This document shows, one piece after another, positions 31,377 through 42,727 of a DNA stretch of 64,000 nt. The stretch lies in NCBI GenBank assembly GCA_902514875.1, contig CABXSY010000001.1, positions 31,753-95,752 on the forward strand. The letters are read 5' to 3'. The DNA comes from an uncultured Alphaproteobacteria bacterium. Lineage in GTDB: Bacteria > Pseudomonadota > Alphaproteobacteria > HIMB59 > GCA-002718135. A model generated the notes under the pieces. It made no database searches. It was not told where the DNA came from and was given only the letters and a program-made list of their open reading frames with translations. A program made the position numbers and the translations under genes. Positions within the stretch are counted from its first letter, which is position 1, and the number at the start of each line of letters is the position of its first letter.

Positions 31377-31690
31377 AAAATATTAAAGAAAATATTTCTC
31401 TAGAAAGAGCATATAATATTATTAAAAAACCTATAACAACAGAAAAATCTACTAATTTACAACAGTTCAATCAATATTCATTTGTTGTTTCAAAAGATTC
31501 AAATTCTTCAGAAATTAAAAGTGCAATTGAAAAAATTTTTAAAGTTAAAGTAAACAAAGTTAACACATCTATAATAAGAGGAAAAGGTAAAACATTTAAA
31601 GGTCAATATGGTTTCAGAAAAGATTCAAAAAGAGCTATAGTAACGTTGGTAGAAGGCAATACTATTGACTCCTCACTGGAGATTAAATAA
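31373..31690 (+). CDS. rplW: 50S ribosomal protein L23
   Basis: 105 aa. IIKKPITTEKST..., FKVKVNKVNT. Position between L4 and L2. Confidence 0.95.
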   Translation: MKNIKENISLERAYNIIKKPITTEKSTNLQQFNQYSFVVSKDSNSSEIKSAIEKIFKVKVNKVNTSIIRGKGKTFKGQYGFRKDSKRAIVTLVEGNTIDSSLEIK

Positions 31691-32512
31691 ATGCTTATAA
31701 AATTTAAACCAACCACACCAGGATTAAGAGGTACGGTATTAGTATCTAAAAAAGAACTATCAAAAGATAAACCTCATAAATCTCTTACAAAAAAATTCAA
31801 ATCTACCGGTGGTAGAAATAATCAAGGTAGAATTACATCTAGAAGAATGGGTGGCGGTGTAAAAAGAAAATATAGGTTAATAGATTTTAAACGAACTAAA
31901 ACTAATATTGTTGCTGAAGTTATAAGAAATGAATATGACCCTAATAGAACAGCATTTATTTCTCTACTAAAATATGAGGATGGAGAACATAGATATATTA
32001 TTTCACCTAAAAATATTAAAATTGGAGAAAAAATTATTTCTGGAGATAATGTTGCTATAAAAAATGGAAATTGCTTACCAATTAACAATATTCCAGTAGG
32101 TACTAATGTTCATAATGTAGAACTTAAGCCAGGAGCTGGTGCACAATTAATTAGATCAGCAGGTACGTCCGCCCAAATTGTTTCAAAAGAACAACCTTTT
32201 GTACAAATCAAATTAATTTCTGGTGAAATAAGACATATTAATAAAAATTGTAAGGCGACTATAGGAGAGGTATCGAATTCTGATCAAAAGAATATAAAAT
32301 TAGGAAAAGCTGGTAGAAAAAGATATCTGGGTTTTAGACCTAAAGTCAGAGGAGTTGTAATGAATCCTGTAGATCATCCTCATGGAGGTGGTGAAGGGAG
32401 AACCTCTGGAGGAAGAGACCCCGTCACACCATGGGGAGTATCCACTAAAGGTAAAAAAACAAGAAATAACAGAAAAACAGATATATTTATAATTAAGAGG
32501 AAAAAGAAATAA
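31691..32512 (+). CDS. rplB: 50S ribosomal protein L2
   Basis: 273 aa. [16 protein letters not shown]..., [18 protein letters not shown]. Confidence 0.99.
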   Translation: MLIKFKPTTPGLRGTVLVSKKELSKDKPHKSLTKKFKSTGGRNNQGRITSRRMGGGVKRKYRLIDFKRTKTNIVAEVIRNEYDPNRTAFISLLKYEDGEHRYIISPKNIKIGEKIISGDNVAIKNGNCLPINNIPVGTNVHNVELKPGAGAQLIRSAGTSAQIVSKEQPFVQIKLISGEIRHINKNCKATIGEVSNSDQKNIKLGKAGRKRYLGFRPKVRGVVMNPVDHPHGGGEGRTSGGRDPVTPWGVSTKGKKTRNNRKTDIFIIKRKKK

Positions 32513-32793
32513 TGACAAGATCTATTTGGAAAGGACCATTTGTTGATAATAGCTTAATTAAAAAAGCTGAAAAATTATCACAATCTGGAAGAAAAGAAGT
32601 TTTAAAAACATGGTCAAGAAGATCTACAATACTTCCACAGTTTGTAGGTCTAACATTTGGTGTTTATAATGGACAAAAATTTGTTCCTGTTACTATAAAT
32701 GAACAAATGGTTGGACATAAACTTGGAGAATTTTCTCCTACAAGAACATTTAAAGGACATACAGCTTCAGATAAAAAAGCGGAACAAAAATGA
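32512..32793 (+). CDS. rpsS: 30S ribosomal protein S19
   Basis: 93 aa. [12 protein letters not shown]..., [16 protein letters not shown]. Confidence 0.99.
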   Translation: MTRSIWKGPFVDNSLIKKAEKLSQSGRKEVLKTWSRRSTILPQFVGLTFGVYNGQKFVPVTINEQMVGHKLGEFSPTRTFKGHTASDKKAEQK

Positions 32794-33158
32794 ATCAAAA
32801 TTTAACAGCAATAGCAAAAGATAATATGGTAAGAATTAGTCCTACAAAATTATCCTTACTAGTTAATAGTATAGTTAATATGAAAGCTAGCTCCGCTATA
32901 AATCAATTACAATTTTCTTCAAAAAGAATTTCTAGAGTAATTCTTAAAGTTTTGAATGCTGCAATTGCAAATGCTGAAAATAATAAACAATTAGATATAG
33001 ATAAACTTTTTGTTAAGGAAGTATATGTAGGAAAAAGTTTAAGAATGAAAAGATGGAGACCTAGGGCAAAAGGTAGAGCTGCCTCAATAATAAAACCATT
33101 TAGTAAAGTGACAATTGTTGTGGAAGAGAGAACAAAAACAAAAAAGGAAATTAAATAA
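32790..33158 (+). CDS. rplV: 50S ribosomal protein L22
   Basis: 122 aa. Position and the segment ...[18 protein letters not shown]. Confidence 0.95.
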   Translation: MNQNLTAIAKDNMVRISPTKLSLLVNSIVNMKASSAINQLQFSSKRISRVILKVLNAAIANAENNKQLDIDKLFVKEVYVGKSLRMKRWRPRAKGRAASIIKPFSKVTIVVEERTKTKKEIK

Positions 33159-33835
33159 TGGGACAAAAAGTTAATCCTTACGGTATTAGACTTGGTATTA
33201 ATAAAACTTGGTCTTCAAGATGGTTTTCAAGAAATGAATACACAAAATTATTACATCAAGATTTAAAAATCAAAAGTTATGTTGAAAAAAAGTTAAAAAA
33301 TGCAAGTATTTCCAAAATTAATATTGAACGTGCTGCAAAAAAACTAAGATTATCTATTTATAGCTCAAGACCAGGAATAATTATTGGTAAAAAAGGTGCT
33401 GATATTGAAACTTTAAAAAATGATTTATCAAATATGTCAAATCTAGAAGTCTTTCTAGATATTAAAGAAGTTAGGAAACCTGAAGTTGAAGCAAAATTAG
33501 TGGCAGAAAACATAGCTTCACAACTTGAAAAAAGAATCTCATTTAGAAGAGCTATGAAGAAAGCTGTTCAATCTGCAATGAGGCTAGGTGCAAAAGGTGT
33601 TAAAGTTGTTTGTAGTGGAAGATTGGGTGGCGCAGAGATTGCTAGAACTGAGAAGTATCATGAAGGTAGCGTCCCTTTGCACACTTTAAGAGGTGATATA
33701 GACTACTCAACAGCAGAAGCAGAGACGACATATGGTATTTGTGGAATTAAGGTATGGATAAATAAAGGTGAAATATTATTGAAAGATCCATATGCAAGTG
33801 AAAAAAAACAGATTGATCAAGGCAGTGTTAGATAA
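33158..33835 (+). CDS. rpsC: 30S ribosomal protein S3
   Basis: 225 aa. [14 protein letters not shown]..., [10 protein letters not shown]. Confidence 0.99.
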   Translation: MGQKVNPYGIRLGINKTWSSRWFSRNEYTKLLHQDLKIKSYVEKKLKNASISKINIERAAKKLRLSIYSSRPGIIIGKKGADIETLKNDLSNMSNLEVFLDIKEVRKPEVEAKLVAENIASQLEKRISFRRAMKKAVQSAMRLGAKGVKVVCSGRLGGAEIARTEKYHEGSVPLHTLRGDIDYSTAEAETTYGICGIKVWINKGEILLKDPYASEKKQIDQGSVR

Positions 33836-34251
33836 TGAACATGTTATCCCCGAAAAAGACTAAGTACAGAAAACAATTCAAAGGTAGAATACATGGAAAT
33901 TCTAAAGGAAATTTTTCACTTAATTATGGAAGTTTTGGCTTAAAAGCAATGGAGCCAGAAAGAGTAACTTCTAGGCAAATAGAAGCTGCAAGAAAAGCGA
34001 TTACCAGATATTTAAAAAGAGCTGGTAGAATGTGGATTAGAATTTTTCCTGATGTACCAGTATCTAAAAAACCTGCTGAAGTTAGAATGGGTAAAGGAAA
34101 AGGATCTATAGAGTATTGGGCCTGCAGGGTTAAGCCAGGAAGAATTATGTTCGAGGTTGATGGTGTTAATATTGCCGACGCAAGAAAAGCAATGACCTTA
34201 GCAGCTGCTAAATTACCAATTAAATGTAAATTTGTTGAGAGAAATATCTAA
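33835..34251 (+). CDS. rplP: 50S ribosomal protein L16
   Basis: 138 aa, starting (MN)[16 protein letters not shown]. The true start could be the second ATG at 33841. Confidence 0.97.
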   Translation: MNMLSPKKTKYRKQFKGRIHGNSKGNFSLNYGSFGLKAMEPERVTSRQIEAARKAITRYLKRAGRMWIRIFPDVPVSKKPAEVRMGKGKGSIEYWACRVKPGRIMFEVDGVNIADARKAMTLAAAKLPIKCKFVERNI

Positions 34252-34445
34252 TGAATAAAAAAACAAACATTGAAAACAAAAAAATACAAGAAGAAATTTT
34301 AAATTTAAAGAAAACACTATTAAACCTTAATTTTCAAAAATTTTCTGGTCAACTTGAAAAAACATCTCAAATTAAAAATGCAAAAAAACAGATTGCTAGA
34401 TTAAAAACAAAATTATCAAATGTCGGTGGAGAAAATAATGCCTAA
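34251..34445 (+). CDS. rpmC: 50S ribosomal protein L29
   Basis: 64 aa, helical and Lys-rich. Conserved slot between L16 and S17. Confidence 0.9.
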   Translation: MNKKTNIENKKIQEEILNLKKTLLNLNFQKFSGQLEKTSQIKNAKKQIARLKTKLSNVGGENNA

Positions 34446-34683
34446 GAGAATCTTATCTGGAGTAGTTATATCATCTAACTTAAATAAAACTATAACTGTC
34501 AATGTTACAAGAAGAATAAAACATAAACTTTACAAAAAAATTATTAGACAAACGAAAAAATATCATGCTCACGATGAAAACAACGAATTTAACGTAGGCG
34601 ATACTGTGTCAATAATTGAATCAAAACCTATCTCAAAATTAAAAAAATGGAAGGTAATAGCAAACACAGGAGTTAAATCATGA
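34438..34683 (+). CDS. rpsQ: 30S ribosomal protein S17
   Basis: The ORF track starts at 34420. The in-frame ATG at 34438 gives [21 protein letters not shown], the typical S17 N-terminus. 81 aa. Confidence 0.95.
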   Translation: MPKRILSGVVISSNLNKTITVNVTRRIKHKLYKKIIRQTKKYHAHDENNEFNVGDTVSIIESKPISKLKKWKVIANTGVKS

Positions 34684-35048
34684 TTCAAATGCAGTCTAAA
34701 CTTTTTGTAGCTGACAATTCTGGAGCAAGAAAAATTCAGTGTATAAAAGTTTTAGGAGGATCGAAAAGAAGATCTGCATCAATTGGAGATATTATAGTAG
34801 TATCAATTAAAGATGCCCTCCCAAGAGCAAAGGTTAAAAAAGGTGATGTTTATAAAGCTGTAATTGTTAGAACTTCTAAAGATTTCAAAAGGTCTGATGG
34901 AACTGCTATCAGATTTGATAAAAATGCTGCCGTTTTGTTAGATAAGCAGGAAGAACCAATAGCAACAAGAATATTTGGACCAGTAACAAGAGAGCTTAGA
35001 AGTAAAAAATTTATGAAGATTATAAGTTTAGCACCTGAGGTATTATAA
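34680..35048 (+). CDS. rplN: 50S ribosomal protein L14
   Basis: 122 aa. [18 protein letters not shown].... Confidence 0.99.
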   Translation: MIQMQSKLFVADNSGARKIQCIKVLGGSKRRSASIGDIIVVSIKDALPRAKVKKGDVYKAVIVRTSKDFKRSDGTAIRFDKNAAVLLDKQEEPIATRIFGPVTRELRSKKFMKIISLAPEVL

Positions 35049-35362
35049 TGGTTAAAAAATTTAAACTAAAAAAAGGTGATGAAGTTATTGTGATTACCGG
35101 TAAAGACAAAGGTAAAACAGGTAAAATACTTAAGATGCTACCAAAACAAATGAAAGCTATAGTATCTGAAATAAATAGAGTTAAAAAAAACCAAAAGCCA
35201 GACAATAATCAGCCAGGAGGGATTATTGATAAAGAAATGCCTATTCACGTTTCAAATCTTTCATTTTATGACCAAGAGCAAAAAAAAGGAATAAAAGTTG
35301 GATTTAAAATAAGCAATAATAAAAAGGTAAGAGTAAATAAATCATCTGGTAAGGAAATTTAA
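35048..35362 (+). CDS. rplX: 50S ribosomal protein L24
   Basis: 104 aa. KLKKGDEVIVITGKDKGKTGKI (KOW motif). Confidence 0.96.
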   Translation: MVKKFKLKKGDEVIVITGKDKGKTGKILKMLPKQMKAIVSEINRVKKNQKPDNNQPGGIIDKEMPIHVSNLSFYDQEQKKGIKVGFKISNNKKVRVNKSSGKEI

Positions 35363-35914
35363 ATGAGTAGATTGCTAGAACAATATAACAATGAAATTAA
35401 ACAAGATTTAAAATCAAAACTTGGACTTAAAAATATTTTTGAAGTTCCTAAAATTCAAAAGATAATTTTAAATATGGGTATTGGCGAAGGAAAGGATGAC
35501 TCAAAACTAATTGATAAAGCTCTCGAAGATTTAACTCTAATTTCAGGACAAAAAGCTGTTAAAACAAAATCTAAAAAAGCTATTTCAGGTTTTAAAATTA
35601 GAGAAGGTATGCCTTTAGGTGTTAAAGTGACTTTAAGAAACAAAATAATGTACGAGTTTCTTGATAGATTAGTTAATATAGCTATACCAAGAATAAGAGA
35701 TTTTAGAGGTCTAAATTCAACAAGTTTTGATGGCAATGGTAATTTTTCTATGGGAATAAAGGAACATGTAATATTTCCTGAAATTAACTTTGATAAAGTT
35801 ATAAAGACTTCGGGTATGGATATAACAATTTGTACTTCAGCAAAAAATAATAATGAGGCTATAGAGCTATTAAAAAGTTTTAATATGCCTTTTAAAAATA
35901 AACAAATTAATTAA
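35363..35914 (+). CDS. rplE: 50S ribosomal protein L5
   Basis: 183 aa. [12 protein letters not shown]..., [22 protein letters not shown]. Confidence 0.98.
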   Translation: MSRLLEQYNNEIKQDLKSKLGLKNIFEVPKIQKIILNMGIGEGKDDSKLIDKALEDLTLISGQKAVKTKSKKAISGFKIREGMPLGVKVTLRNKIMYEFLDRLVNIAIPRIRDFRGLNSTSFDGNGNFSMGIKEHVIFPEINFDKVIKTSGMDITICTSAKNNNEAIELLKSFNMPFKNKQIN

Positions 35915-35922
35915 GAGGCAAA

Positions 35923-36228
35923 ATGGCAAAACTAAGCTCAGTACAAAAAAACTTATTTAGGCAAAAACTTATAAAAAAATTTAAGACAAAACGTAATACT
36001 CTAAAGTCGAAAATTAAGGACAAAAATATTTCATTAGAGGAAAGAATTTCTTATCAAAATAAGTTAAACGATCTTCCTAGAAATGGCTCTGCCATTAGGT
36101 ATAGAAATAGATGTGAAGTTACTGGTCGACCTAGAGGAAATTATAGAAAATTTGGTTTATCAAGAATTAAATTGAGAGAACTATCAATGTCTGGTGATTT
36201 GCCAGGTGTTGTTAAGTCAAGTTGGTAG
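35923..36228 (+). CDS. rpsN: 30S ribosomal protein S14 (long, 101 aa form)
   Basis: [41 protein letters not shown]. Confidence 0.98.
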   Translation: MAKLSSVQKNLFRQKLIKKFKTKRNTLKSKIKDKNISLEERISYQNKLNDLPRNGSAIRYRNRCEVTGRPRGNYRKFGLSRIKLRELSMSGDLPGVVKSSW

Positions 36229-36237
36229 GAGAATATT

Positions 36238-36636
36238 ATGGCTTTTAATGACTCACTTTCGGATATGCTAGCAAGAATAAAAAATGCACATCAAGCAAAA
36301 AAAGTATCAACTATTTGTCTTAAATCAAAACTAAATATGAATGTGTTAAATGTACTTAAAGATGAGGGCTATATTAGAGATTTTAAAGATGTAGAGGAAA
36401 GAAAAGGAGTTGATACAATAAAAATTGATTTAAAATATTTTAATGGAAGTCCTGTAATAAAAAAAATAAAAAGGATTTCAAAACCTGGAATCAGAAAATA
36501 TTCTAAAATAAGTGAGTTAAGTAGACCATATGGAGGATTAGGCATATCAATTATTTCAACTCCAAAAGGTGTAATGTCTGATCAAGAAGCCAAAAAAAAT
36601 AATGTTGGTGGCGAAGTTTTATGTGAGGTATTTTAA
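36238..36636 (+). CDS. rpsH: 30S ribosomal protein S8
   Basis: 132 aa. DSLSDMLARIKNA..., GGEVLCEVF. Confidence 0.98.
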   Translation: MAFNDSLSDMLARIKNAHQAKKVSTICLKSKLNMNVLNVLKDEGYIRDFKDVEERKGVDTIKIDLKYFNGSPVIKKIKRISKPGIRKYSKISELSRPYGGLGISIISTPKGVMSDQEAKKNNVGGEVLCEVF

Positions 36637-37166
36637 TGTCAAGAATAGCTAAAAACCCAATTAAAATTACAAAAGATATCGAGTGCAGCTTTAATGAAGG
36701 AATTTTTTCTGTAAAAGGTAAATTAGGTAAAATTGAAATTCCTGTAAATTCTAACTTTAACATTAATATAAAAGAAGAGGAGGTTCAGGTTGTTCCGTTA
36801 AACGAGAATAACAAAGATCCTAATTGGGGAACCACACGTTCTATAATTTCAAATTCAATAAATGGTGTAACCGATGGTTTTAGTAAAACTTTAGAACTAA
36901 ATGGAACTGGATATAGGGCTAGTGTTTCAGGATCTAATCTAAAATTGGAACTTGGGTATAGTCATGATATTAATTTTGAAATTCCAACTGATGTAAAAAT
37001 TGAGTGCCCAAAACAAAATTTAATTAAATTAACAAGCATTAATAAAGAAAAATTAGGTGCTGCAGCTGCAAAAATACGTTCATTTAGAAAACCAGAGCCT
37101 TTTAAAGGCAAGGGAATTAAGTATATGGATGAATATATTTTTAGAAAAGAAGGTAAAAAGAAATAA
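36636..37166 (+). CDS. rplF: 50S ribosomal protein L6
   Basis: 176 aa. MSRIAKNPIKI..., EPFKGKGIKY. Confidence 0.97.
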   Translation: MSRIAKNPIKITKDIECSFNEGIFSVKGKLGKIEIPVNSNFNINIKEEEVQVVPLNENNKDPNWGTTRSIISNSINGVTDGFSKTLELNGTGYRASVSGSNLKLELGYSHDINFEIPTDVKIECPKQNLIKLTSINKEKLGAAAAKIRSFRKPEPFKGKGIKYMDEYIFRKEGKKK

Positions 37167-37169
37167 TTT

Positions 37170-37502
37170 ATGAAAGATAGAAAACAAAGAGTGAGATACA
37201 AAACTAAAAAAGTATCTAGCAGAAATAGACTAAGTGTATTTAGATCAAATAATCATATATATGCTCAACTAATAGATGACTCTAAAGGAATGACACTTGC
37301 TAGTTCATCCTCTGTTGAAAAAAATATAAAAGATATGAATCTTTCAAGAAAAGAAATTGCTGAAATAATTGGAAAGACTATCGCAAAAAAAATTATATCA
37401 AAAGGTATTAATGAAGTGGCATTTGATAGAGGTAAATACAAATATCATGGTTTAATAAAAATACTTGCAGATGCTGCAAGAGTGGAAGGTCTAAATTTTT
37501 AG
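37170..37502 (+). CDS. rplR: 50S ribosomal protein L18
   Basis: 110 aa. [18 protein letters not shown]..., [24 protein letters not shown]. Confidence 0.97.
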   Translation: MKDRKQRVRYKTKKVSSRNRLSVFRSNNHIYAQLIDDSKGMTLASSSSVEKNIKDMNLSRKEIAEIIGKTIAKKIISKGINEVAFDRGKYKYHGLIKILADAARVEGLNF

Positions 37503-37510
37503 AGGAAATT

Positions 37511-38017
37511 ATGTTTGAAAATGATAAAAATGATTTAAGCGAACATTTAGTGACAATTAATAGAGTTGCTAAAGTTGTAAAAGGGGGAAGAAGATTTGGT
37601 TTTGCAGCAATAATGATTGTTGGAGACAATAAAGGAAGGGTAGGTATAGGCACAGGTAAGGCAAAAGAGGTTCCTGAAGCTGTAAGAAAGGCAACTGAAA
37701 ATGCAAAAACCAAAATGATTAGAGTCCATTTAAAGGAAAATAGAACAATACACCACGACACCGTTGGCCGATTTGGAGCAGGAAAGGTAATCCTCCGAGC
37801 CGCTGCCCCTGGAACAGGGATTATCGCTGGTGGACCGATGAGAGCTCTATTTGAATCTCTTGGCATCAAAGATGTTGTTGCAAAATCTACTGGTACTTCA
37901 AATCCCCATAATATGCTTAAAGCCACACTTAATGCTTTTAAAATGTCTGAGTCTCCAAAATCAGTAGCAGAGAAAAGATCAAAAAAAATTAGCGAAATTA
38001 ATAACAAACAAAATTGA
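37511..38017 (+). CDS. rpsE: 30S ribosomal protein S5
   Basis: 168 aa. [16 protein letters not shown]..., [12 protein letters not shown]. Confidence 0.98.
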   Translation: MFENDKNDLSEHLVTINRVAKVVKGGRRFGFAAIMIVGDNKGRVGIGTGKAKEVPEAVRKATENAKTKMIRVHLKENRTIHHDTVGRFGAGKVILRAAAPGTGIIAGGPMRALFESLGIKDVVAKSTGTSNPHNMLKATLNAFKMSESPKSVAEKRSKKISEINNKQN

Positions 38018-38023
38018 TTAAAC

Positions 38024-38482
38024 ATGAAAATTAACGAATTAAAATCATCACTAACTTCTAATAAAAAAAATAAAAGAAGGGGTAGAGGCTCTGGATCAGG
38101 TCTTGGTAAGACATCAGGAAGAGGTGTGAAAGGTCAAAAGTCAAGATCTGGAGTGTCAATCAATGGTTTTGAAGGTGGTCAAATGCCATTGTATAGAAGA
38201 TTGCCTAAAAGGGGTTTTAAAAATCCTTTTAAGCTAAAAATTCAAAATATAAGTTTCAAGATGATTAACAAAATTATTGAAAAGTATAAAATTAACCCTG
38301 AACAAATTAGTGAAGATGAACTTTTTGATAAAAAAATATTCAAAAGATCTAAAGGTAATTTAAAACTTCTCAATGTGGGAGAGTTGGAAAAACCAATTAA
38401 TTTACAAGTATCCTATGCTTCAAAAACAGCAATTGAAGCTATAGAGAAATTTGGTGGAAAAATTAAACTCACTAAGAAATAA
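38024..38482 (+). CDS. rplO: 50S ribosomal protein L15
   Basis: 152 aa. RRGRGSGSGLGKTSGRGVKGQKSRSG, then FEGGQMPLYRRLPKRGF. It follows S5 after only 6 nt, so there is no L30 gene. Confidence 0.98.
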   Translation: MKINELKSSLTSNKKNKRRGRGSGSGLGKTSGRGVKGQKSRSGVSINGFEGGQMPLYRRLPKRGFKNPFKLKIQNISFKMINKIIEKYKINPEQISEDELFDKKIFKRSKGNLKLLNVGELEKPINLQVSYASKTAIEAIEKFGGKIKLTKK

Positions 38483-39822
38483 TGGCTTCAACCGCAGACA
38501 GACTAGCAAATAATCTAAATTTTGGAGCTTTAGGAAAAGCGAAAGAACTAAGACAACGACTTCTTTTTACTTTAGGGGCATTAATTGTTTTTAGATTAGG
38601 TACATTTTTACCAATTCCAGGAATCAACCCTCTTGCTTTACAGCAATTTTTTGAACAGCAATCATCTGGTATTTTAGGAATCTTTGATACTTTCTCAGGT
38701 GGAGCTTTAGGAAGAATGGGTATTTTTGCACTAGGGGTTATGCCATACATATCTTCTTCAATTATTATGACATTAATGCAATCAGCTATACCTCATCTTA
38801 AATCTCTAAAAGAACAAGGTACTAAAGGCAGAAGACAATTACTTCAATACACTAGATATACGACAGTAGTTATTGCTGCTATTCAGGGATATGGGGTATC
38901 AATTGGTTTAGAGTCTATGCAGACAACATATGGAAATATAGTTTTTGATCCTGGTTTATTTTTTAGACTCACAACAGTAATAACATTAGTTGGTGGAACA
39001 GTTTTTTTGATGTGGTTAGGTGAGCAGATTTCATCAAGAGGGGTTGGGAATGGGATTTCCCTAATTATTACAGCGGGTATAATTGCTAATTTACCAAGTG
39101 CGTTTGTTAGTACTCTTCAACTTGGAAGAACAGGAGAGTTAAGTATTGCATTTATATTAGGAATATTAATACTTATACTGTTGCTGATAATTTTTATTGT
39201 TTTTGTTGAAAAAGCTCAGAGAAGACTTCCCGTTCAATATCCAAAAAGACAAGTTGGTAACAAAATTTATGGTGGTCAAAGTTCTCACTTACCATTAAAA
39301 ATTAATACAGCTGGAGTTATTCCAGTAATTTTTGCTTCCTCTATTTTGCTTCTTCCTAATACTATGTCTGGTTTTGGTGCTGGTTCTTCAAGTGATATTT
39401 TTATTTTAATTTCTAGTTACCTAGGAAGAGGTCAACCTCTTTATTTAGCTCTTTATGCAGCAATGATTATATTTTTTGGTTTTTTTTACACTTCAATTGT
39501 TTTTAATCCAGATGAACAAGCTGAAAATTTAAGAAAATATGGTGGTTTCATACCTGGAATAAGACCAGGTGATAATACTGCTGCCTATATTGAGTTTGTA
39601 TTAATTAGATTAACAACTATAGGAACAATATATTTGACTTTTGTTGCACTCCTTCCTGAATTTTTATTATCTAGAACCTCTATACCTTTCTATTTAGGTG
39701 GTACTGCTCTACTGATAGTAGTAGTTGTGATGATTGACTTTATAACACAGGTTCAATCACATTTATTCCAACATCAATATGAAGGATTGCTTAAAAAAAC
39801 TAAATTAAAAGGCAGAAGATAA
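38482..39822 (+). CDS. secY: preprotein translocase subunit SecY
   Basis: 446 aa, 10 TM helices. LGVMPYISSSII..., WLGEQISSRGVGNGISLII. Confidence 0.98.
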   Translation: MASTADRLANNLNFGALGKAKELRQRLLFTLGALIVFRLGTFLPIPGINPLALQQFFEQQSSGILGIFDTFSGGALGRMGIFALGVMPYISSSIIMTLMQSAIPHLKSLKEQGTKGRRQLLQYTRYTTVVIAAIQGYGVSIGLESMQTTYGNIVFDPGLFFRLTTVITLVGGTVFLMWLGEQISSRGVGNGISLIITAGIIANLPSAFVSTLQLGRTGELSIAFILGILILILLLIIFIVFVEKAQRRLPVQYPKRQVGNKIYGGQSSHLPLKINTAGVIPVIFASSILLLPNTMSGFGAGSSSDIFILISSYLGRGQPLYLALYAAMIIFFGFFYTSIVFNPDEQAENLRKYGGFIPGIRPGDNTAAYIEFVLIRLTTIGTIYLTFVALLPEFLLSRTSIPFYLGGTALLIVVVVMIDFITQVQSHLFQHQYEGLLKKTKLKGRR

Positions 39823-39823
39823 A

Positions 39824-40396
39824 TTGACTAACATAATTTTTTTTGGCCCACCTGGAGCAGGCAAGGGTACTCAAGCCAAAATAATATCTGAATACTTAAA
39901 TATTTCACATCTTTCGACAGGAGATATATTAAGAAAAAAATTATTAGAAAATGATAATTTGGCAATTGAATTAAAAAAAATTATGGCTGCAGGTAATTTA
40001 GTTTCTGATGATATTTTGAATTCAATTGTATCCTCAAGACTAACTAAAGAAACTTCTAAAGGTTTTATTTTAGATGGCTATCCAAGAACTTTGCATCAGT
40101 CAGAATTTCTTAATAATTTTCTTTCTGAAACATCTGGCTTAATAAATTTTATTTTTGATATTCAAATAAATTTTGAAACTTTAAAAAATAGGATACTAAA
40201 AAGATCATCAGAAGAAAGCAGAGAAGATGACAATATTGATGTTATTGAAACAAGATATAATGAATATCTAAATTCAACACAAAATGTATCTAACTTTTAC
40301 AAAGATAAATATAATACTAAATTCTACGAAATAGATGGATCTTTAGAAATTGAAGAAATTACTCAAAATATCAAACAAATTTTGAAAAAATCATGA
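39824..40396 (+). CDS. adk: adenylate kinase (short-LID form)
   Basis: 190 aa, TTG start. IIFFGPPGAGKGTQA, STGDILR, LDGYPRT. Confidence 0.95.
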   Translation: MTNIIFFGPPGAGKGTQAKIISEYLNISHLSTGDILRKKLLENDNLAIELKKIMAAGNLVSDDILNSIVSSRLTKETSKGFILDGYPRTLHQSEFLNNFLSETSGLINFIFDIQINFETLKNRILKRSSEESREDDNIDVIETRYNEYLNSTQNVSNFYKDKYNTKFYEIDGSLEIEEITQNIKQILKKS

Positions 40397-40425
40397 AAAA
40401 CAGCCAAAATTCAGTATATCTCTAC

Positions 40426-40455
40426 TTGACTACTTATATGATTTTCATGTATTCA
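40426..40455 (+). promoter_or_regulatory. candidate promoter upstream of rpsM
   Basis: TTGACT at 40426-40431 and TATTCA at 40450-40455 (18-nt spacer) in the 84-nt adk-rpsM spacer. The -10 is weak. Confidence 0.25.
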
Positions 40456-40480
40456 CCCTCATTCATTTTTAAATATATTT

Positions 40481-40861
40481 ATGGCTAGAATATCAGGTGT
40501 TAACATTCCAACTAATAAAAAGGTAAATATCGCTTTAACTTATATTTTTGGTATAGGAAAAAAGTTTGCTTTAGATATATGTAACAATGCTTCAATAGAT
40601 ATCTCCAAGAGAGTAAGTGAGTTAAATGAGGATGAAGTAAATAAAATTAGAGATTTAATTGATAAAGATTACTCTGTAGAAGGTGACTTAAGAAGAAAAA
40701 TATCTCTAGATATTAAAAGATTAAATGATTTAGGTTGCTATAGAGGTCTTAGACATAGAAAAAAATTACCTGTTAGAGGTCAAAGAACACATACAAATGC
40801 CAGAACCAGAAAAGGTAAAGCAGTTGCAATAGCAGGAAAGAAAAAAGTTACAAAAGGATAA
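40481..40861 (+). CDS. rpsM: 30S ribosomal protein S13
   Basis: 126 aa. [15 protein letters not shown]..., [28 protein letters not shown]. Confidence 0.99.
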   Translation: MARISGVNIPTNKKVNIALTYIFGIGKKFALDICNNASIDISKRVSELNEDEVNKIRDLIDKDYSVEGDLRRKISLDIKRLNDLGCYRGLRHRKKLPVRGQRTHTNARTRKGKAVAIAGKKKVTKG

Positions 40862-40862
40862 A

Positions 40863-41243
40863 ATGGTTGAGAAAAAAAAATCAAAAGTTAAAAAAAAAAT
40901 ATCTTCGGGTGTTGCTCACATCGTTTCATCATTTAACAATACAATAATTACCATATCAGATGAAAATGGAAATGCATTAGCTTGGTCATCATCTGGCCAT
41001 AAGGGTTTTAAAGGATCTAGGAAATCTACTCCTTATGCAGCACAAATTGCCGCTGAAGATGTGGGTAATAAAGCTAAAGAATACGGTTTAAAAAATCTTA
41101 AAGTAGAGGTCTCTGGCCCTGGTTCTGGAAGAGAGTCTGCTCTTAGATCATTGCAATCTATTGGATATGTTATTACTTCAATTAAAGATGTAACACCAAT
41201 TCCTCATAATGGATGCAGACCAAGAAAAAGAAGAAGAGTTTAA
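40863..41243 (+). CDS. rpsK: 30S ribosomal protein S11
   Basis: 126 aa. [18 protein letters not shown]..., [16 protein letters not shown]. Confidence 0.99.
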   Translation: MVEKKKSKVKKKISSGVAHIVSSFNNTIITISDENGNALAWSSSGHKGFKGSRKSTPYAAQIAAEDVGNKAKEYGLKNLKVEVSGPGSGRESALRSLQSIGYVITSIKDVTPIPHNGCRPRKRRRV

Positions 41244-41258
41244 AAAAGGAGCATCTAA

Positions 41259-42281
41259 GTGTTACAAAAAAATTGGAGTGAATTAATTAAGCCTACAAAG
41301 ATGGAAGTCAATGTAGATGAAACAAATGGAAGAATAGGTAAACTTACGGCTGAACCCCTTGAACGAGGCTTTGGTTTAACTTTAGGTAACTCTATAAGAA
41401 GAATTCTTCTTTCGTCATTACAGGGCGCAGCAATAACATCAGTAAAAATAAAAGGTGTTGTTCACGAATTCTCTACTATTCCTGGTGTAAAAGAAGATTT
41501 AACAGAAATATTATTAAACTTAAAATCAATAGCTGTTAAAGTACACTCACCTGGATTAAAAAAAATGTATCTGAAGTCTACTGGATCTGGTGAATTAAGA
41601 GCTGGAAATTTTGAAGCAGACTCTGAGACAGAAATAATGAATCCTGATCAATTAATAATGACATTGGACTCTAATGCAGATGTTGAAATTGAAGCTAATG
41701 TTGAAACTGGCAAAGGTTATGTTTCAGCGGAAGTAGCTGAAGATGAAGACAAATTGATTGGCGAGATTAAGTTAGATGCAATGTTTAGTCCAGTTATTAA
41801 AGCTACATATAAAATTGAAAACAGTAGAGTGGGACAAGTAACAGATTTTGACAAATTAGTTTTCGAAGTTGAAACAAATGGAGCAATGGCACCAGATGAT
41901 GCAATTGCTTTAGCTGCAAGAATATTGCAAGATCAATTACAGCCATTCATTAATTTTGATGAACCAGAGGTAATGCCGGATCAGTCTCAAATTGAAACAT
42001 TATCATTTAATTCAAACTTACTTAAAAAAGTAGAGGAATTAGAATTATCTGTTCGATCTGCTAATTGTCTCAAAAATGATAACATAATTTATATTGGAGA
42101 TTTAGTTCAAAAATCTGAATCAGAAATGCTAAGAACTCCAAATTTTGGAAGAAAATCTCTGAATGAAATTAAAGAAGTACTTCAACAAATGGAATTAAAT
42201 CTTGGAATGTCTGTTCCTGATTGGCCTCCAGAAAATATTGATGAACTTGCAAAAAAATATGAAGATCCTTTTAATAAATAA
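41259..42281 (+). CDS. rpoA: DNA-directed RNA polymerase subunit alpha
   Basis: 340 aa. GTG start with AGGAG upstream. [12 protein letters not shown]..., [12 protein letters not shown]-terminal [12 protein letters not shown]. Confidence 0.98.
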   Translation: MLQKNWSELIKPTKMEVNVDETNGRIGKLTAEPLERGFGLTLGNSIRRILLSSLQGAAITSVKIKGVVHEFSTIPGVKEDLTEILLNLKSIAVKVHSPGLKKMYLKSTGSGELRAGNFEADSETEIMNPDQLIMTLDSNADVEIEANVETGKGYVSAEVAEDEDKLIGEIKLDAMFSPVIKATYKIENSRVGQVTDFDKLVFEVETNGAMAPDDAIALAARILQDQLQPFINFDEPEVMPDQSQIETLSFNSNLLKKVEELELSVRSANCLKNDNIIYIGDLVQKSESEMLRTPNFGRKSLNEIKEVLQQMELNLGMSVPDWPPENIDELAKKYEDPFNK

Positions 42282-42283
42282 AT

Positions 42284-42721
42284 ATGAAACATAATATTAA
42301 AAATAAAAAACTCAATAAAACTAGCTCTCACAGGAAAGCAATGTTTATGAATATGTCTAATGCTCTTATAAAGCATGAGCAAATAACCACAACTTTGGCG
42401 AAAGCTAAAGAGCTTAGAAGATTTGTAGAAAAAATTGTTACCTTAGGAAAAAAAGGTGATTTATTGTCACGAAGAAAAGCAGTATCCATTTTGCAAGATC
42501 AAAAAATGTCGAAAAAAGTTTTTGATGTACTTGCAGAAAGATATAAAACTAGGTCTGGTGGATATACAAGAATTATTAAGTTAGGTAATAGATACGGTGA
42601 TAACGCACCAACTGCAGTTATCGAGTTTGTTGAAAGAGATGAAAATGCAAAAGGACTTGATAGCGGACCAGTCATCGAAAAAAAATCTACTGAGGAAGTA
42701 GAGCAACAACCTCAAATATAG
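42284..42721 (+). CDS. rplQ: 50S ribosomal protein L17
   Basis: 145 aa. [30 protein letters not shown]. Confidence 0.98.
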   Translation: MKHNIKNKKLNKTSSHRKAMFMNMSNALIKHEQITTTLAKAKELRRFVEKIVTLGKKGDLLSRRKAVSILQDQKMSKKVFDVLAERYKTRSGGYTRIIKLGNRYGDNAPTAVIEFVERDENAKGLDSGPVIEKKSTEEVEQQPQI

Positions 42722-42727
42722 AAAATA

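Noticed and set aside
37408-38025. 205-aa ORF antisense to rpsE and the rplR 3' end, strikingly long for an AT-rich genome
   Set aside because: It lies entirely opposite two highly conserved ribosomal protein genes. The translation is low-complexity (Leu/Ser/Pro/Ile-rich) with no recognisable motif, start context or family. It is most likely a shadow frame of the relatively G/C-rich S5 coding sequence.
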